64,000 nt of DNA from Octopus sinensis (GCF_006345805.1 NC_043005.1:41726001-41790000), one strand, 5' to 3'; counted from the first letter of the stretch, positions 39,872 through 56,142 are shown. The notes: generated from the sequence alone by a model not told the origin. Translations and numbers: made by a program.

Positions 39872-40100
39872 TGTATATTCCAGTGTATGGTTGCTTTCCC
39901 ATTTTCTGTAACTTTTTCTGGCGTGTGACTATACCATCTTTTTGATGTTATTATTCCATAGTGTTGGCATAGCTTCCAGCGTATATAGATCCCAACTCCA
40001 TTGTGTCTGTGAATATATTCTTTCTTAGCCATGACTGGGCAGCCAGAGACAATATGATTTATTGTTTCTTCTCTATCACCACATATTCTGCAGTTACTTC

Positions 40101-40102
<2 letters not shown>
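39872..40102 (-). mobile_element. R4/Dong zinc-knuckle fragment
   Basis: CRICGDREETINHIVSGC..YIHRHN..W.LC..Y..WY.HTPEKV.EN. Confidence 0.85.
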
Positions 40103-40138
<36 letters not shown>

Positions 40139-40261
40139 CTTCTTCTTCTTCTTCTTCTTCTTCTTCTTCTTCTTCTTCTTCTTCTTCTTCTTCTTCTTCT
40201 TCTTGTTAATGTAAATGCTACTAAATGTTTTGAGTGCATCTTCGCTTCTCTCCGCTCATCA

Positions 40262-40314
<53 letters not shown>

Positions 40315-41744
40315 ATTATAAATAGGGGCAGACGAAAAAATTTCTAATGCCAAATATGCCGAAATTAGACACCCTATCCAGTATATTATATATAATTGTG
40401 AGTGTGTGTTTGTGTAAGTGTGTGCGCGTGCTTTTTGTGTACTCTGGGGTCTTGAATAATCGCCCTCCCATCGCTTATTAATGTTTAAGATCTCTCCACA
40501 CTTTTATTCCAACCCTCCCACTTATTAAATTCTGATAATCTATCTCCGGTGAAATTATTGTAAGCTATTCATACTGATACAACAGCTGGAGAATCTAATA
40601 ACAATTTTATTTTACATTAAAAACATTATATATATATGGCAAAAAAAGAACATTATATTTTATAACATTTATGTTATAAAATGAATAGGATAAACTGAAT
40701 AGCTAATTCTGATTTTAGAAAAAAATCAAGGGTGACAGAAAATTTTAAATAATGATTTCTCATTTAGGTACAAGGCCAACAATTTCTAGGTAGGGACAAG
40801 TGGATTAAAGCAACCCAGTACATTACTGGTGCTATATTTTATCGACCTCGTACGTATGAAAGGTAAAGCTAACCTCAGCAGGACTGAACTCAGAACGTAA
40901 TGGGCCATAGCTCTATGCTGCAAGGCCCGGTGCCCGATGCTTAGGCACAAGGCCAGCAATTTAAAGGGAAGGAGAAAACAAGATACTGATGACAGGAATG
41001 AGAAGAAAACCTGGAGTGTTCTATTTGTTTTCATAACGCATAGAAGAAAAAATATTTATCCACAGTTTATGTAGCCGACGTTTATGCCGGTGAGCCTTTA
41101 ACATTTTAGGACATTGATAACCTTCAGCTTTAAGAAGATCAATCATTTCGAGACACAACACACCTGTTTCCGGACACATAGAAAAATGGAAATTGCTGTC
41201 AGAAAATATGTTTTACAACTAATCAGAGTTTATAAAAACTTTAGGTTGGACAACAATTTCTCTACCAGTCACACAACACAAATTCCATGAAAGCTAAGAA
41301 CTTCAATGATGAACTGTTTATCCTTACAAGACAAGCTTTTTGCGAAATAAGGATTTAATAGCATCAGCACGACTCAAGTAATTTCTCATTGAATATCATG
41401 ACAAAGAAAAGAGTATTTCGTGGTGTGATGCACGGACATTATTCTATACAAGAAAAGCAAGCATTTGCTATCGTGGTGAACAAATGCAAAGAGGATTAAT
41501 ATTCTGAATTAGAGCGAATGAAAGTGAAAACCCATTGGAATGCAAAAAGGAAACGCCATGTCTCAGACACACCGAAGCAGGGATATCTCACCAAAGCAGG
41601 GATATCTCACCAAAGCAGTTCGTTTGTTTTACTCGAATTTGGCCGGTGTCAAAAACTCTGAATAAAAGAATATATATATATATTTATCTGCAGGTGTATA
41701 TCTGAACCTTCATTTAACAGGCTTGCCTTTACCTCGTTATTCAA

Positions 41745-41849
<105 letters not shown>

Positions 41850-41961
41850 CATTTATCTATTTATGTATGTATGCATCTATATCCATGTGTGCCTCGTATG
41901 TGTATATTATATGTCTCGTCCAGTGTGCATGTGCGTGTGCGTGTGCGTTTGTGCATGTGTA

Positions 41962-42023
<62 letters not shown>

Positions 42024-43050
42024 GAGAGAGAAAAATAAAGGAATATTGATCACCATCCCTAACATTACTTTCATGGTTACATGATAAAGCATCTTGGAAA
42101 TCACAAATATTCTCTTTATATTGTTAGCTATAAATAGTTTTTGGCGAAATTGCTTTTGGCCTGAAACAATTCTGCAATTTCTCAAGCAATCTTTACCAAA
42201 ATTTTCACATATCTGAAACCATCCAAGAATCATCCAAGAAAGACATGGGTAGAAATTGCTCTTACACTGTTCATGTTCAACTGGAGACACCACACCACAC
42301 ACACACACACACCACACACCACACACACACCACCACCACCACCACCACCACCACCACCACCACCACCACCACCACCACCACCACCACCACCACACAACAC
42401 CACACACCACACGCATTCACACACGCGCAGAGATATATACCTCCGGTTTGGATAAACTGTCACGAAGGCAATAATAATTTTAAAAAAAAACATATAGTTG
42501 ATAGAAGTCAACAACAATGGTTGATTATACTTATATACACATATTTATATGAATTAAACAAATGCCCTGTTAACAAAACCCTATAGTCTAGGGGCTTGGT
42601 AGAAGTCGAGTTAGGCTTAATCCACCAAGAAACAATTTTGCACATACACAGACACAGACACTCACACACGCTCACACACACGCACGCATACACACACACA
42701 AACTTATTTTTAATCGGTACACCGTGAAGGTCTCCTATGCTAACTCTGCTAATTTAGAGCAGCTTGTGCATCGCATAAACAACAGTAACATGCGACAAAG
42801 GTTCAATAACCCACCTACTGGATCTAACGAACATACGCATCTAAATACTAACAAAAGAGATGTAAACCGCTATGAAAAATACCAATTACGATCAAATTGC
42901 AATAGTACAAATACTTATGATACAGCTAACGCGGTAACAACGGCGTCGGTAAATGGAGTCGGGACTGCCTTATATACAAATAAATACGATAAATACTCAT
43001 GCAGAGAAAAAATCAAAATGTCAACTGATGAATTTCAGTATGAGTACAAA

Positions 43051-43551
43051 TCTTTATATATAAAAGTGAAGTTGTGTGTCTGTCTCATACGATTTAGATT
43101 CCTAACTACTCCCACATTTTGCGGTGCAGTTTAACCAAACCCGGGTATCTTATAGTCGTGATTCATATCGAGCCCTTCTGGGTATCAGCGCGCGTCTACG
43201 ATGAGTCTACGATTTAAAAAAAAAAATTACCATCATTTTTTTCCATTCTAATGCATTTTTTCGCTATTATATACGGGAAGTAACTCTCTAAAAATGTCTA
43301 CGATGAGTCAACGATTTGAAAAAAAATTTACCATCATTTTTTTTCCATTTTTAATGCATTTTTTGGCTATTATATAAGGGAAGTAACTCTCTAAAAATGT
43401 CTACGATGAGTCAACGATTTAAAAAAAAAATTACCATCATTGTTTTCCATTTTTAATGCATGTTTTTGCTATATTTTGGCTATAACTCTCTAAAAATGCT
43501 TATATAGTTATTTCCCTTACAAACCCGAGCAACGCCGGGCGATACTGCTAG
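43051..43551 (+). mobile_element. Non-autonomous Helitron
   Basis: A|TC start, CCCG-AGCAACGC-CGGG hairpin (43524-39), CTAG|T end; three internal repeats of about 100 bp. Confidence 0.85.
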
Positions 43552-43859
43552 TCTTGTATATAAATGTACCGTGCACACTAGGGGAGGCCGTATGTTTACA
43601 TTGGGCAGACGGCTGATTCATTTAAGGATCGTTATTGTAACCATGTCGCCAGCTTTAAGATAATCAATGAGATATTCAACACGTTTTGCCGATTTTGTAT
43701 AGCGAATGAAGGAGGCTCCATAGTAAGGCACGCGAAACCATGCAATATAATTTCCAGGTGATGCCGTCTCTGCTCCGAGGAATACCTGTCTGTTCTGTGG
43801 ACTAAGAAGATCATTAATAAAATTTCTGAAGGAATCTGGAGATGCCTACACGCATAGTG

Positions 43860-44255
43860 TAGGCGCAGGAGTGGCTGTGTGGTAAGTAGCTTGCTAACAA
43901 ACCACATGGTTCCGGGTTCAGTCCCACTGCGTGGCATCTTGGGCAAGTGTCTTCTGCTATAGCCCCGGGCCGACCAATGCCTTGTGAGTGGATTTGGTAG
44001 ACGGAAACTGAAAGAAGCCTGTCGTATATATGTATATATATATAAGTGTGTGTGTATATGTTTGTGTGTCTGTGTTTGTCCCCCTAGCATTGATTGACAA
44101 CCGATGCTGGTGTGTTCGGCAAAAGAGACCGATAGAATAAGTACTGGGCTTACAAAGAATAAGTCTCGGGGTCGATTTGCTCGACTAAAGGTGGTGCTCC
44201 AGCATGGCTGCAGTCAAATGACTGAAACAAGTAAAAGAGTAAAAGAGAGTAAGAG
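43860..44255 (+). mobile_element. SINE family A, near full length
   Basis: Near-identical to the 33491 copy, with a small internal deletion. Confidence 0.9.
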
Positions 44256-44867
44256 TATATAAATGCACTTTCGTACAACGCAGGGGTAATGAATTTTGAA
44301 TAACTGTTAATATAATTTACTTTAAGGTATGGATGACCCAAGTTTACTTTTAACCTCCCAATTCTTACAAACACGAAATAGATAGTTAACTCGCTTTGTG
44401 ATCATGAGTGCACCAAACCTTACGTGTGCGTATGTTTACATTTTCGCGGATGCCTGTATGAGCGAGTGTACTCGAACCATGCAGCCGGCCGAGAGCGTTT
44501 ATACATCCATATTTATCAACGGTTATTTTTAATACTTTTCTCGTTGTATTGCGACAGAACAGTTGCAGAACTGTTATTTTAACGTGTTGTGTCTGTTTAT
44601 CACTCGATGAGATATATCTGCACCGCTGGATGCTCGTGAACCCGTTGTTGAGTGTTCCACCCGTGAGGCTTCGATGCTAGACGCGTCGAAACAATTGGCG
44701 TGATTAATAAATTCTGTATATTCCATCTTCCGTCTTCCATTTGCCACATATATATATATATATAAATCTCAGTAAAGCACAGCCAGCTGTATCACTTTTC
44801 CATATATATATATATATATATATGCATGTATATATATATATATGTATATATATATATGTATGTATGC

Positions 44868-44916
<49 letters not shown>

Positions 44917-45927
44917 TGTGTATGCATATGCATAACATATATATATATATATATATATAATGTATATATGTATGCCTGGATGTATACATGTATACATATG
45001 AAGGCGTTAAATGTAGAGTTTAGTGCTTCCCTTCCATGTAATTTATTTTTGTTAAACTGTATATTTTTTAAAGGAAGCTGTACAAAAAGTTTTCCAGATT
45101 AGTGTCCCCCCTGCTGATTTCGTTTCGTTATAAATTTTTTTAATAATGCATAAGTTTTAATGTTACCTTTCAGAGATACGTTTTCGATATGCTGAAGATA
45201 AAAAAAAACGTTCCTAACTGTCATGAAAAGACGTTCATAACTGTTTAACAATCGAATACTTGAATATGTTACTCGTGAGCATCGCATATATTATTCAGGA
45301 AATTTGACTGCTTAATAACAGAAAAATTTCCTACATATCTTTTACCCGCATAAAGCTAGGTAACTCTGCTAGCATCTTTCTATATACTCAGAGAAACACA
45401 TCATTAATACACGCGCGCGCGCGCGCGTATTAATGATGTGTTTCTCTGAGTATATGTGTGTGTGTTGTGTGTGTGTGTGTATGTGTGTGTGTGTGTGTGT
45501 GTGTGAGTTAGTGTGTGTGTGTGTGTGCTTGTGTGTGTGAGTGCGTATGTGCGTATGTGTGCTTGTGTGTATGTATTTGCTTCGGCTGTATATATACTGA
45601 AGTTGAAACGATATTAAGATTAGCAAGTTCCCTGCACAAAGATGACGCAAATTCGTACAGTGTTCCTTACTTTTTTAAAGGCGGGGCCCCAGGATGGCTC
45701 CAGACTAATAACTGAAAAAAAGCAACATAAAAATATATGTGTTCTTGTGTGTATGTCTGCGTACATGTTTGTATGAGTGTGTGTGCGCGCGCGAGTGAAA
45801 TATTAGTTGAGACATAGATACATACATTTAACAGTAGTTACATACGTTTTATTAAAACAGTTTAACCCGTTCCCATGCAACTTAAAGTTCCGAGACCTCA
45901 AGTAGCATGCCGAATCAAACTCTTTTA

Positions 45928-46031
<104 letters not shown>

Positions 46032-46134
46032 GATAATAATAATAATAATAATAAAGTAGTTCTTGTTGCGTAAAAGAAGTGAAGACGACATTTCAAAACG
46101 GCGTTTTTTTTTTGTCGTCGTTCGATTCGTGCGG

Positions 46135-46663
46135 CACTCATTTCTCAAGTATTTTTGTTTTTCCAGTCTCTTTCAAGTGGGGGGAAATTGTTTTATACGT
46201 TACGTCTAATTCAGAAGCAAGCTCTCGAACAGTTGTGCGTGGATTGGCTTCGGCTCTTAGTTGATCTTTGTCAACATCCGATGGCCGACCACTACGCTTA
46301 TCATCTTCAAGACTATCGTCAGCGCTGCGAAATTTCTTGAACCACTATTGTGCTGTTCGTTCATTAGTGGTTCCTGGGTCAAACACATCGTTGATATCAC
46401 GAGCTGTTTCAGCAGCTTTTCAGCCTAGCTTGAACTGGAATAAGAAAATTGAGCGAATTTGCTTTTTGTCCATGTTGTATTCAACGTTCCGGAAAAAAAT
46501 AGCTTAGTTACTCAAAAAGCAAAAGAGTAACAGGATTAGATAGAGCGAAAAACGGGCTTTAAAATGATATATAAAGTCAAAGTAATTTAACGAAAATTAA
46601 TTTGAAAATACATCATTGAAAACCAAAATTAGAAATTACGCAAGAACTTTCATGACAACCTAA
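46135..46663 (-). mobile_element. Mariner (Hsmar1/cecropia-like) 5' fragment
   Basis: TA-TTAGGTTGTCATGAAAGT TIR; MDKKQIRSIFLFQFKLG.KAAETARDIN..WFKKFR..SLED..RSGRP. Confidence 0.88.
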
Positions 46664-46959
46664 TACTTTTATATCAATATATTAAATATATCAATATATT
46701 AAAATCGGTAACAATTATTTTAGATGCTTGTGCACTCTAAAATAAAACACTCCTATAAATTCGAAGCAGAGTAGTGTAATTTCGGATTATAATATTCAGT
46801 TGATGAAAATACATAATTTGTTAGTTTTGTTGATATATTGCTTAATATCAGTCTAGGATGTTATACTGGAGATACGACATGTTAAATTACAGGTTGGTCA
46901 CTTATGCATCTTGAATACGAGGTTATAAATAATGAGTTGATGATATTTCTGTGGGAAGG

Positions 46960-47660
<701 letters not shown>

Positions 47661-47939
47661 AAGAAGAAGAAGAAGAACAGCGATAATTCCAATCCTGTAA
47701 AACATTAGTCTACGTACGAAATAATATTTTGTAAGTAATGGTTAGGTCAAAGCAATGACCTTCCTTCAGATAATATTGTTAATATAATAAAATCTGAAAA
47801 ATTCAGATAACGTAATACAGCTGGTGTATTTGCGGGTATTAATTTCTTTGGAATTAGTGCCAAACATCTGTCAAATTAAATGAATAGCACTGATCTCAAA
47901 ATCTACTTAAACATTGATATTTTAGCAATCCCTTGACAG

Positions 47940-47987
47940 CAACACTCTACTTCCACCTCAGCCGAATTCTACCGGATTCTCGATATG
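47940..47987 (+). CDS. Candidate internal exon (QHSTSTSAEFYRILDM in phase 0)
   Basis: CCCTTGACAG acceptor, ATG|GTACGG donor; 48 nt, all three frames open. Confidence 0.35.
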
Positions 47988-48214
47988 GTACGGCAAGTGC
48001 TTCACCGAAAGATTAGCACACACTGAGAAGAAAAATCAAAGAATATCACGAAAACATGTGGAACCGGGAGAAAATCAAAAAGTTTACAAAATAAGCTAAG
48101 ATAAATCACTGTTATTTTGCTACGCAAATAATGATCTCGTACAATCAGTGTATGGATAAACGTATACATCCATCTACACGTGTACGTATGTGTTCATCTC
48201 TCACTCTTTTTCTC

Positions 48215-48251
<37 letters not shown>

Positions 48252-50041
48252 ATATTATATATATTTTATATATATATATATGCATGTGTAAACATATAAG
48301 TACATACATACATACATACACATACACATACATATATATACATATGAATTGTTTGTAATTTGTAATAGGAAAGTATAATTGAATTCAATAAACAAAAAAT
48401 CCAACGGATTTTCTTTCTATGAAAAGATAAATAAAGTGATATAATAAATCAATAAACCAGAAAAGTATATGAAAATGTAATGAAGAAAAAAACGTAGAGA
48501 AATATTAATAAATACAATATTGGAAGAGAAATGAAAATGGATAAAATATTCATGTGTAAGTATGTGTCTAAGATAAAGAAATGTGTGTATTTTTGTTTGC
48601 CTGGATGCACGTTTTCTGTTTACAAGGGTGTATATATATATATGTGCATTGTTATAATACTCTAAAAATACTCATAGCCACATACAATACGCACGCACAC
48701 ACACACACAGAAATATACTTGGCAAAACTAAAATGCAGAAAAATGAGAAATATGCTATTAAGATCAAGGCGAACAGAAAAGAGACCATAATGAAAGCAAC
48801 AAAAATAATCACGATGGCAGTGTTGTCACTGAATATATAATAGATAAATATGTGTGATGGGTAATTGTGGATATATTTATCAGGATAAGTGCGTGTATAC
48901 ATGAGTGTCTGTGAATGGATGCGTGTGTGTATGTATCTGTCGAGACTTACTGCAGGTATCGGTATCGTATATCTTTATAGCTATGTTATCACAGTTTGAT
49001 AGCCTGTTCACGAATAAACATTTGTAAAACCCATCATAATATATATTTATAAGCCATAACTAGCTACCTTTCACACATATATTGTATTCATAGTAATATA
49101 AAACAAACAGAAATGTATTGAAGATAATATTCGAAAGAGGATTGAAATGAAAAAGGTATGAAAGAATTCAAGAACGTTAAATCATCTCATCTGGTTTGGT
49201 AAAACAATCTGCTCTGGTTTTCTCAAATTTAATTTCTTTCCTATTTCATGATCTCCAAATATTACATTTCCTATCCTTGTTGAAAATAGACTGTATTGCG
49301 CCAAAGCAGCTGCTGCTCTCTACGAAAGAAAAAAGGAATATTAATGCCTCATACAGCTTAGAGAAAATTTAGCAAGTAATAATTAGTGTATGTATGTATG
49401 TATGTATATATGTATGAATGTATATACAGTGGTGTTCCATATATGAACTAAAATAACAATAGCTCCAAGATACTATGCAACCCATGTGAATGTGCACGAC
49501 ATATATTGTTATTTCTGTCATACACCGTGACTTTGTGGTTTGGTAAGGGAAAACACTCTGTTCAAGCCTCTTGGCTAAGTAGTATAGTTTTCCTTCGATT
49601 TTACATTTAAACAGAGAAATTAAAGGGTATTTAAAATAACTTGCCATGTTTCTCATATATTATGATCAAGGAAAAATTCGGAAAAGTCCTATAAAAAGAT
49701 GTTTTAGGATTCGAGCAAGTATTTGTGGAAGTGGTGACATTTAGTAAAAAACTGAATTTAGATAAATACCGGATTTATTTGTTATTAAAGTCTAGCCTTT
49801 TCGTAACTGCCTGTTTTAACCACTTATATTAGTATGGTCTGCTTCTCTCAAGAATTTTCCACTTGATGGTAAAGTACGAGTCATGTCTTTTATATACCAC
49901 ACGTAAATCGATAATGGTGTTTTCCTCTTCGACCTGGGTCAAAAGGACGATATGTAGATACAATAACGATGCTTTAGTCGGTATGTTAGCATAGTGTTTG
50001 CACTCTATGGCCTACTTTGAATTAGAGTAGCTATCATCTTC

Positions 50042-50536
<495 letters not shown>

Positions 50537-50745
50537 TCAAAAGATTATAGGTGTATTGCAGCCTTAGAGAACGATTTGGCTGGAGCATATCCTAGTTTCC
50601 ATGGGGTATTATAAGTAATAGAAATACTCGATCCCACAGCAAGGTTCGCCTTTTCAGCTGAGTGGACTATAACAGCGATAAGTAAAATGTCTTTCCCAGA
50701 TCATAGTTTTGTAATCTTGTTAACGTTGTTGTTGTTGTTGTTGTT

Positions 50746-50786
<41 letters not shown>

Positions 50787-50800
50787 TATTATTATTATTA

Positions 50801-50849
<49 letters not shown>

Positions 50850-50852
<3 letters not shown>

Positions 50853-52100
50853 TCCATTTCACTTCTCAGAGTTCTACATTCCTTCTGCTCTTAAGATAAG
50901 CTCTTCTAGATATTCCAACATTGCCTCAGCAATGACTTCTATCATAAGTTTCTACATAAGGGAGAGACAAAAGATAGACCTAACGTTGTCAAAATCATTT
51001 CCTTTACTAGATTCCTTCCAGCACATGATCGTTCTCCCAAAATTTAAACATTCTGGTAACCTCTCTTCACTATTCAAGATTTTATTCAGCTGCCCCGCAA
51101 TTCTATAAGAAAGAGTCCTCAGCTTTTTCAGCTAGAACCCTTGTACCCCGTCTCTAAAGGGAGCTTTCCAATTTGACATCTTTCTACACTGAGTAATTAT
51201 CATATCAGATGTTACATCTAATTCTTTTTGTTAATTATCTCCAATGTCGTCTTTTATTTTACCCAGCCCCTCCACACTTCTAGTGTGCCATTTTTCTACA
51301 ATCTAGATATTACTCCAAAACTTCTTGCTTATGTCGCATCAGGAATTACATCATTCCTAACCGTGTCATTCATCTCCTGATAAAATTTCTTCTGATCTTA
51401 TTGGAAGCATACATTCAGCTTATGCAACATTTCTCGATGTTCGTACCTCTTGTTTCAGCTCTTCAATGACCGTAATAATCTTTTTTGTCCTGATCCTGTA
51501 CTTCTCTGTAACTTTTTTCTTAATTCACCTCAGCTTTTCTTTTCCTAGGATATTAATATATTTCCTAAGTATTTTGACGTCCCCTTTAATTCTCCTTTTC
51601 TACCATGGTTCATTGATCTCTTTTGTGCAGTGTGTTTCAGACCTAGATCTTTAGCAATGTAGACACTTGCAGCGCTGATGAAATTGTTGGTTTCTACGAA
51701 GGTTCTAGTCAGTACCTTGTCAACAATGTTGTTTATTTTGTTAGTTATTTCATCTAACTGCCGTTTTAAGATCGTCTGGATTACTAGCTCCTGATTTAGA
51801 GATTCCCAATATATCAGTAATCATCCGTCTGTCTTCTTACGATATATCCTTCAGTTCGTTGATGTTACTATCACCTCCCGCATCATTTCGAGTATTCACT
51901 TCTGCCACTTCCTATTGAATTCCATCATTTTTAATACTCTCATCCCCATTTGAATTCCCAAAATGCTGAGCTTCTATTTCCTTCACACATCCTGGTTTAC
52001 CTTCTCTTTATCATTTCTATCTCCATCACACATAGCTATTCTTTTTGGGTATTGCCCTGGCATGATCACAAATCCTCTAATCAGTGGATTCAAAGAGCTC
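50850..52100 (-). pseudogene. R4/Dong N-terminal/RT-proximal relic
   Basis: [37 protein letters not shown]; parallels 56900-57700. Confidence 0.75.
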
Positions 52101-53085
52101 TATCTTGTCTGTTGTCGCTCGATACTAGGCACAACTAGTGCATCGAAAAATGGAATTACCGTGTTCCTGGCATCCAGGAGTGACTCAAGAGATGCCCTGA
52201 ACCTGCTACGTTTCAAGGGAACATAAATCAATACATGTATAGATATATAAGTTTTATATTTGAATACATTATGTTTTTATGACGTCTCAAGCAGTCGCTC
52301 CGCGGCAGTGCAATTCGTCGGCATAAAATGTAATGATGAATACAGTGCATCTAGTTAACAAGAAATTATCAATACTATTGAAAATGCTCCGTGACGGTAA
52401 TAGGAATATCAAGTCACCATTTCATTCCCAAAGCAATTTATAGCATTAACTACACAGATTTAGAAAACAATACGTAGCAAACTAAACGAAAGAAATTGTA
52501 GAAGACGACTTTAAATTATTCTTACAGATCTTTCAAAATCAATGAATTGGGCAAACTATAATATTGTGTAATGACGAAATAATGAATCGATGTCTGAAGA
52601 AACAAAAGAAATGCGAAAAATTTCCATTAGAATAAGAATATTTTTTTAATCTATTCAATTGCAACAAAAATGTTTAAGCATATTCGAGTGAATCAATGCA
52701 AAAAAAAAAAAAGAAAAATAGAAAAAAGAAACGTTGATTAACCCTCCTTTTGAAGAAAACTACTTATTTAAAACTATAAGCATAACCCATTTACAGATAT
52801 TCAGTCCAGGAAACATTAAATTACAAAGATTGCAAAATTGAGCAAAGAAGGGGTCCAAAAGTAACTTGCAAAGACGTAATTTGAAACAGTTTTGCTGATA
52901 ATTCAAAATCCATGAATTAGGCAAACTATAGAAGCGTCTAATGATGAAATATATCATAAATATGCTATAAAGGAATACGAGGCGAAGACGATTAGCGTGC
53001 AATTAGGTGGGGAACATCTAAACTGAATTGCATGCGTTAATATTCTAATGTATCACAACTAAATTACAGTGTTGCTATAATTTAT

Positions 53086-53184
<99 letters not shown>

Positions 53185-53250
53185 GTATATATATATGTTA
53201 TATATATATATATATGTAAATATATATACATATATATATGTATGTATATA

Positions 53251-53281
<31 letters not shown>

Positions 53282-53388
53282 GCATATGTATACATATATA
53301 TATAAATGTATATGTATATATATACAATCATATATATGTATTTATATAGATAAGTATATATGTATACACATATATATATATGTATATA

Positions 53389-53423
<35 letters not shown>

Positions 53424-54853
53424 TGTATGTATGTATGTATGTATGTATGTATGTATGTATGTATGTATATTCGCAAGTTCTATCTAAAAATATCAGGAAC
53501 CAGAGTTTGGTGTTGAAAGATGCAGGAGACAAAGGAAAATCTATAAATAGAAAACTGCTATAAAATCTAGTTACTGAAATGAGATATCTGAGAGGAATGT
53601 AGAATACTTTTATTTTGATTTTAATAAAGGTGGGCATTGGAAACAATAAATATAGAAGTTTCAGCAATAAAATATGAAGTTATTCGATATAATGCCTAAC
53701 ATAACGGTAACGAAAACAACTAGGTGAGATTATCTTGTCTAGTTCAGCAAGCACCATGTTCAAAGAAGCTACTCAATAATAAAGATTATCTCGATTCTTT
53801 GAAAGTATACGCCTATATGAACAGACGAATGGTATCGGGAAAGTCTCTCCCCATGATCTCCTTTGATTTTACGAATATCATTAAAATTTATAGGTTTGCA
53901 GAAAAGGAAGTCGATTTTTAAGTACATTAAGAATATTTGTACTCTTATTTTCCGTTGAGAAGAAGAATGCTATAAAGTGTAAGATATTTGCATAGTTCTT
54001 GTTGAAGCACTTTTAAATGAATCAACTAGAATAAACGGCAATAGAATCCAACTTCCACTGATAAAGGAAAATAAGTATCTAATGGAAATAGCTACACTGT
54101 ACATTTGTAAACATTGCCAGTTAGAACAAGTTGCGATATATCATGAAAAAGAGAATAGATAAGTGCCATTACGTAGAAGAGAAAGGCTAGGAGAATAGGA
54201 TTCTGAAAGATGCCAATCACTTAAAGAATGTGTTTATTTTTTTATATTTCAAGTTTTTAACAGACATAAAGTAGTATATAATAGAATTTATAAACCACAA
54301 TATCTTTAATTTATTTAAGAAAGACTAAAGTAAAGAATTAGATACATTTTGATTTGTTTCTTTTCTGGAGTGTAAAAATCGTAGGTTATTGTACGTCTGT
54401 CCTTCTAATATAGTGTTAATAATAGATAAATAACTATTACATGAATAGTGGCTTGAATTTCCATGCAAGAATCTCATCAATGACATTGATGCAAATTGTA
54501 TAGAGTTTACTTCAGAAGTATCTTAGCAGAATAGGTAGTTTAAACTACTACTTGAAATCGAATTTTTATATTTTTTCCTAATCATAATACTGGATATATA
54601 AATTTATCTTTCAAGAGAACTAATTTAAATTCAGTGGACAAACAGTAGTAATCAACTGTGTTAGTTCCAAGTTGAATGTGATAGATTATTTAGGACAATG
54701 ATTGTTTGAATAAGTTCCCTAACTGCTTAAAAGAAACATGTTGGTGATCAAAGGCCCTTCAAAAAAATATTGTAAAACTACCATATCTAAACATATAAAA
54801 GAATAATGCATATTTCTGTTACCAGAATAAGAGGGATAACGTATGCCTAAACA

Positions 54854-54880
54854 TACTACTACTACTACTACTAGTACTAG

Positions 54881-54926
<46 letters not shown>

Positions 54927-54951
54927 GTTACTGCTGCTGCTGCTGCCGCTA

Positions 54952-55024
<73 letters not shown>

Positions 55025-55089
55025 TACTGCTACTACTACTACTACTACTTCTACTACTACTACTACTGCTGTTGCTGCTGCTGCTGCTG

Positions 55090-55159
<70 letters not shown>

Positions 55160-55160
55160 T
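54854..55160. repeat. Compound (ACT)n/(GCT)n/(AAT)n microsatellite
   Basis: Directly visible. Confidence 0.95.
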
Positions 55161-55169
55161 AATAATAAA

Positions 55170-55870
55170 ATTTGTTTATTAGCCACAAGGGCTTACATAA
55201 AATTACATTAAGAGACATACAGCAACATAAAAGACAAAAAGAGGACGATCCAATGGGTTTTGCAATGTGTAAACAGTATATATAACAATTAAAAAGTAAA
55301 CAATTTAAAACTCCCAATAGGGGAGGTGCATTAAGGACCTCGTGAAAAATCCCACAAAAGTCACGGGTGCCTGAACAACAGGGCAAGAGCCCTTCTCCTT
55401 TTGTTTACAGGTGCACGCACAGAATTGGTCTTTTCACACTGGCCATTCTTCCAACATTCACCCACCTTTCAACAAGCTTACTACAAGGCAATACTTCCCT
55501 CTCCATCCTTAACTTCCTTTTTAAGTGAAACTTGAAGAAGTTGATGAGGGCTTGGCGAAAGAGGAAAGTGCCTCTTTAGCCCTTTCAAACGAGTCCATCA
55601 TACAACCACTTTCGCTACAGCCACTAAGCAAATAAAAATTGCCTTCCCCTCGAGGCCAAAAGAGGGCGGCGGGGCAATCTTCACCATGGATTCAGCTGAT
55701 AGCCGGATTCGTCCTACACGCAGCAACAGGTATTCAACATAAACCCACAGGTCAGCAATACTCGGGCACTGTACTAAGGCGTGCAGAACGGTTTCATGTT
55801 CTGGGAGCACCTCGGACAGGCCCGGCTGACGGCTTCATGTGGCCGTAGAGGACAGGCGACCAAGGTGTTA
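55170..55870 (-). mobile_element. Tx1/L1-clade LINE 3' end
   Basis: CPRC..ETVLHALVQCP zinc finger, LVAVAKVVVW; AATAAA then a microsatellite tail. Confidence 0.75.
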
Positions 55871-56084
55871 CTTTTGTGGAACGATTAGCACCTCGACGGC
55901 CCCATATTCAATAACTCTTTTGTCTGCTTTGCTGCCGAGGCGAAACCGTTGCCACAAGATTTGCTATTCGTGTTTGCTTTGTCAGTCATTGTTTTTTGTT
56001 TCTTTTCTTTCTTCCACCTCTTTTTCAGGAACAACTTTCTTGGTTTTACAGTTCTATATGTTTAAGAGATGAGGAATTAGTTAC

Positions 56085-56142
56085 ATTTTTACATTATTTA
56101 CATTATTTACATTATCTACATTTGGCGGATATTTGTCCTCAT
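56085..56142 (-). mobile_element. 3' tail fragment of the HHR-bearing SINE family
   Basis: ATGAGGACAAATATCCGCCAAATGTAGATAATGTAAAT matches 11030-11062. Confidence 0.7.

Noticed and set aside
40231-40262. CTGATGA GC..GC GAAG ATGCA CTC HHR-like motif (minus strand)
   Set aside because: GAAG instead of GAAA, a 2-bp helix II and no helix I.
40985-41020. CTGATGA CAGG..CCTG motif
   Set aside because: Followed by GAGT rather than GAAA; no helix III.
43196-43495. CRISPR-like array
   Set aside because: Tandem units have no unique spacers and lie inside a Helitron in a eukaryotic context.
54719-55211. Poly-Val/Ala and poly-Thr mucin-like ORFs
   Set aside because: Compound (ACT)n/(GCT)n microsatellite at a LINE tail; no splice or domain support.
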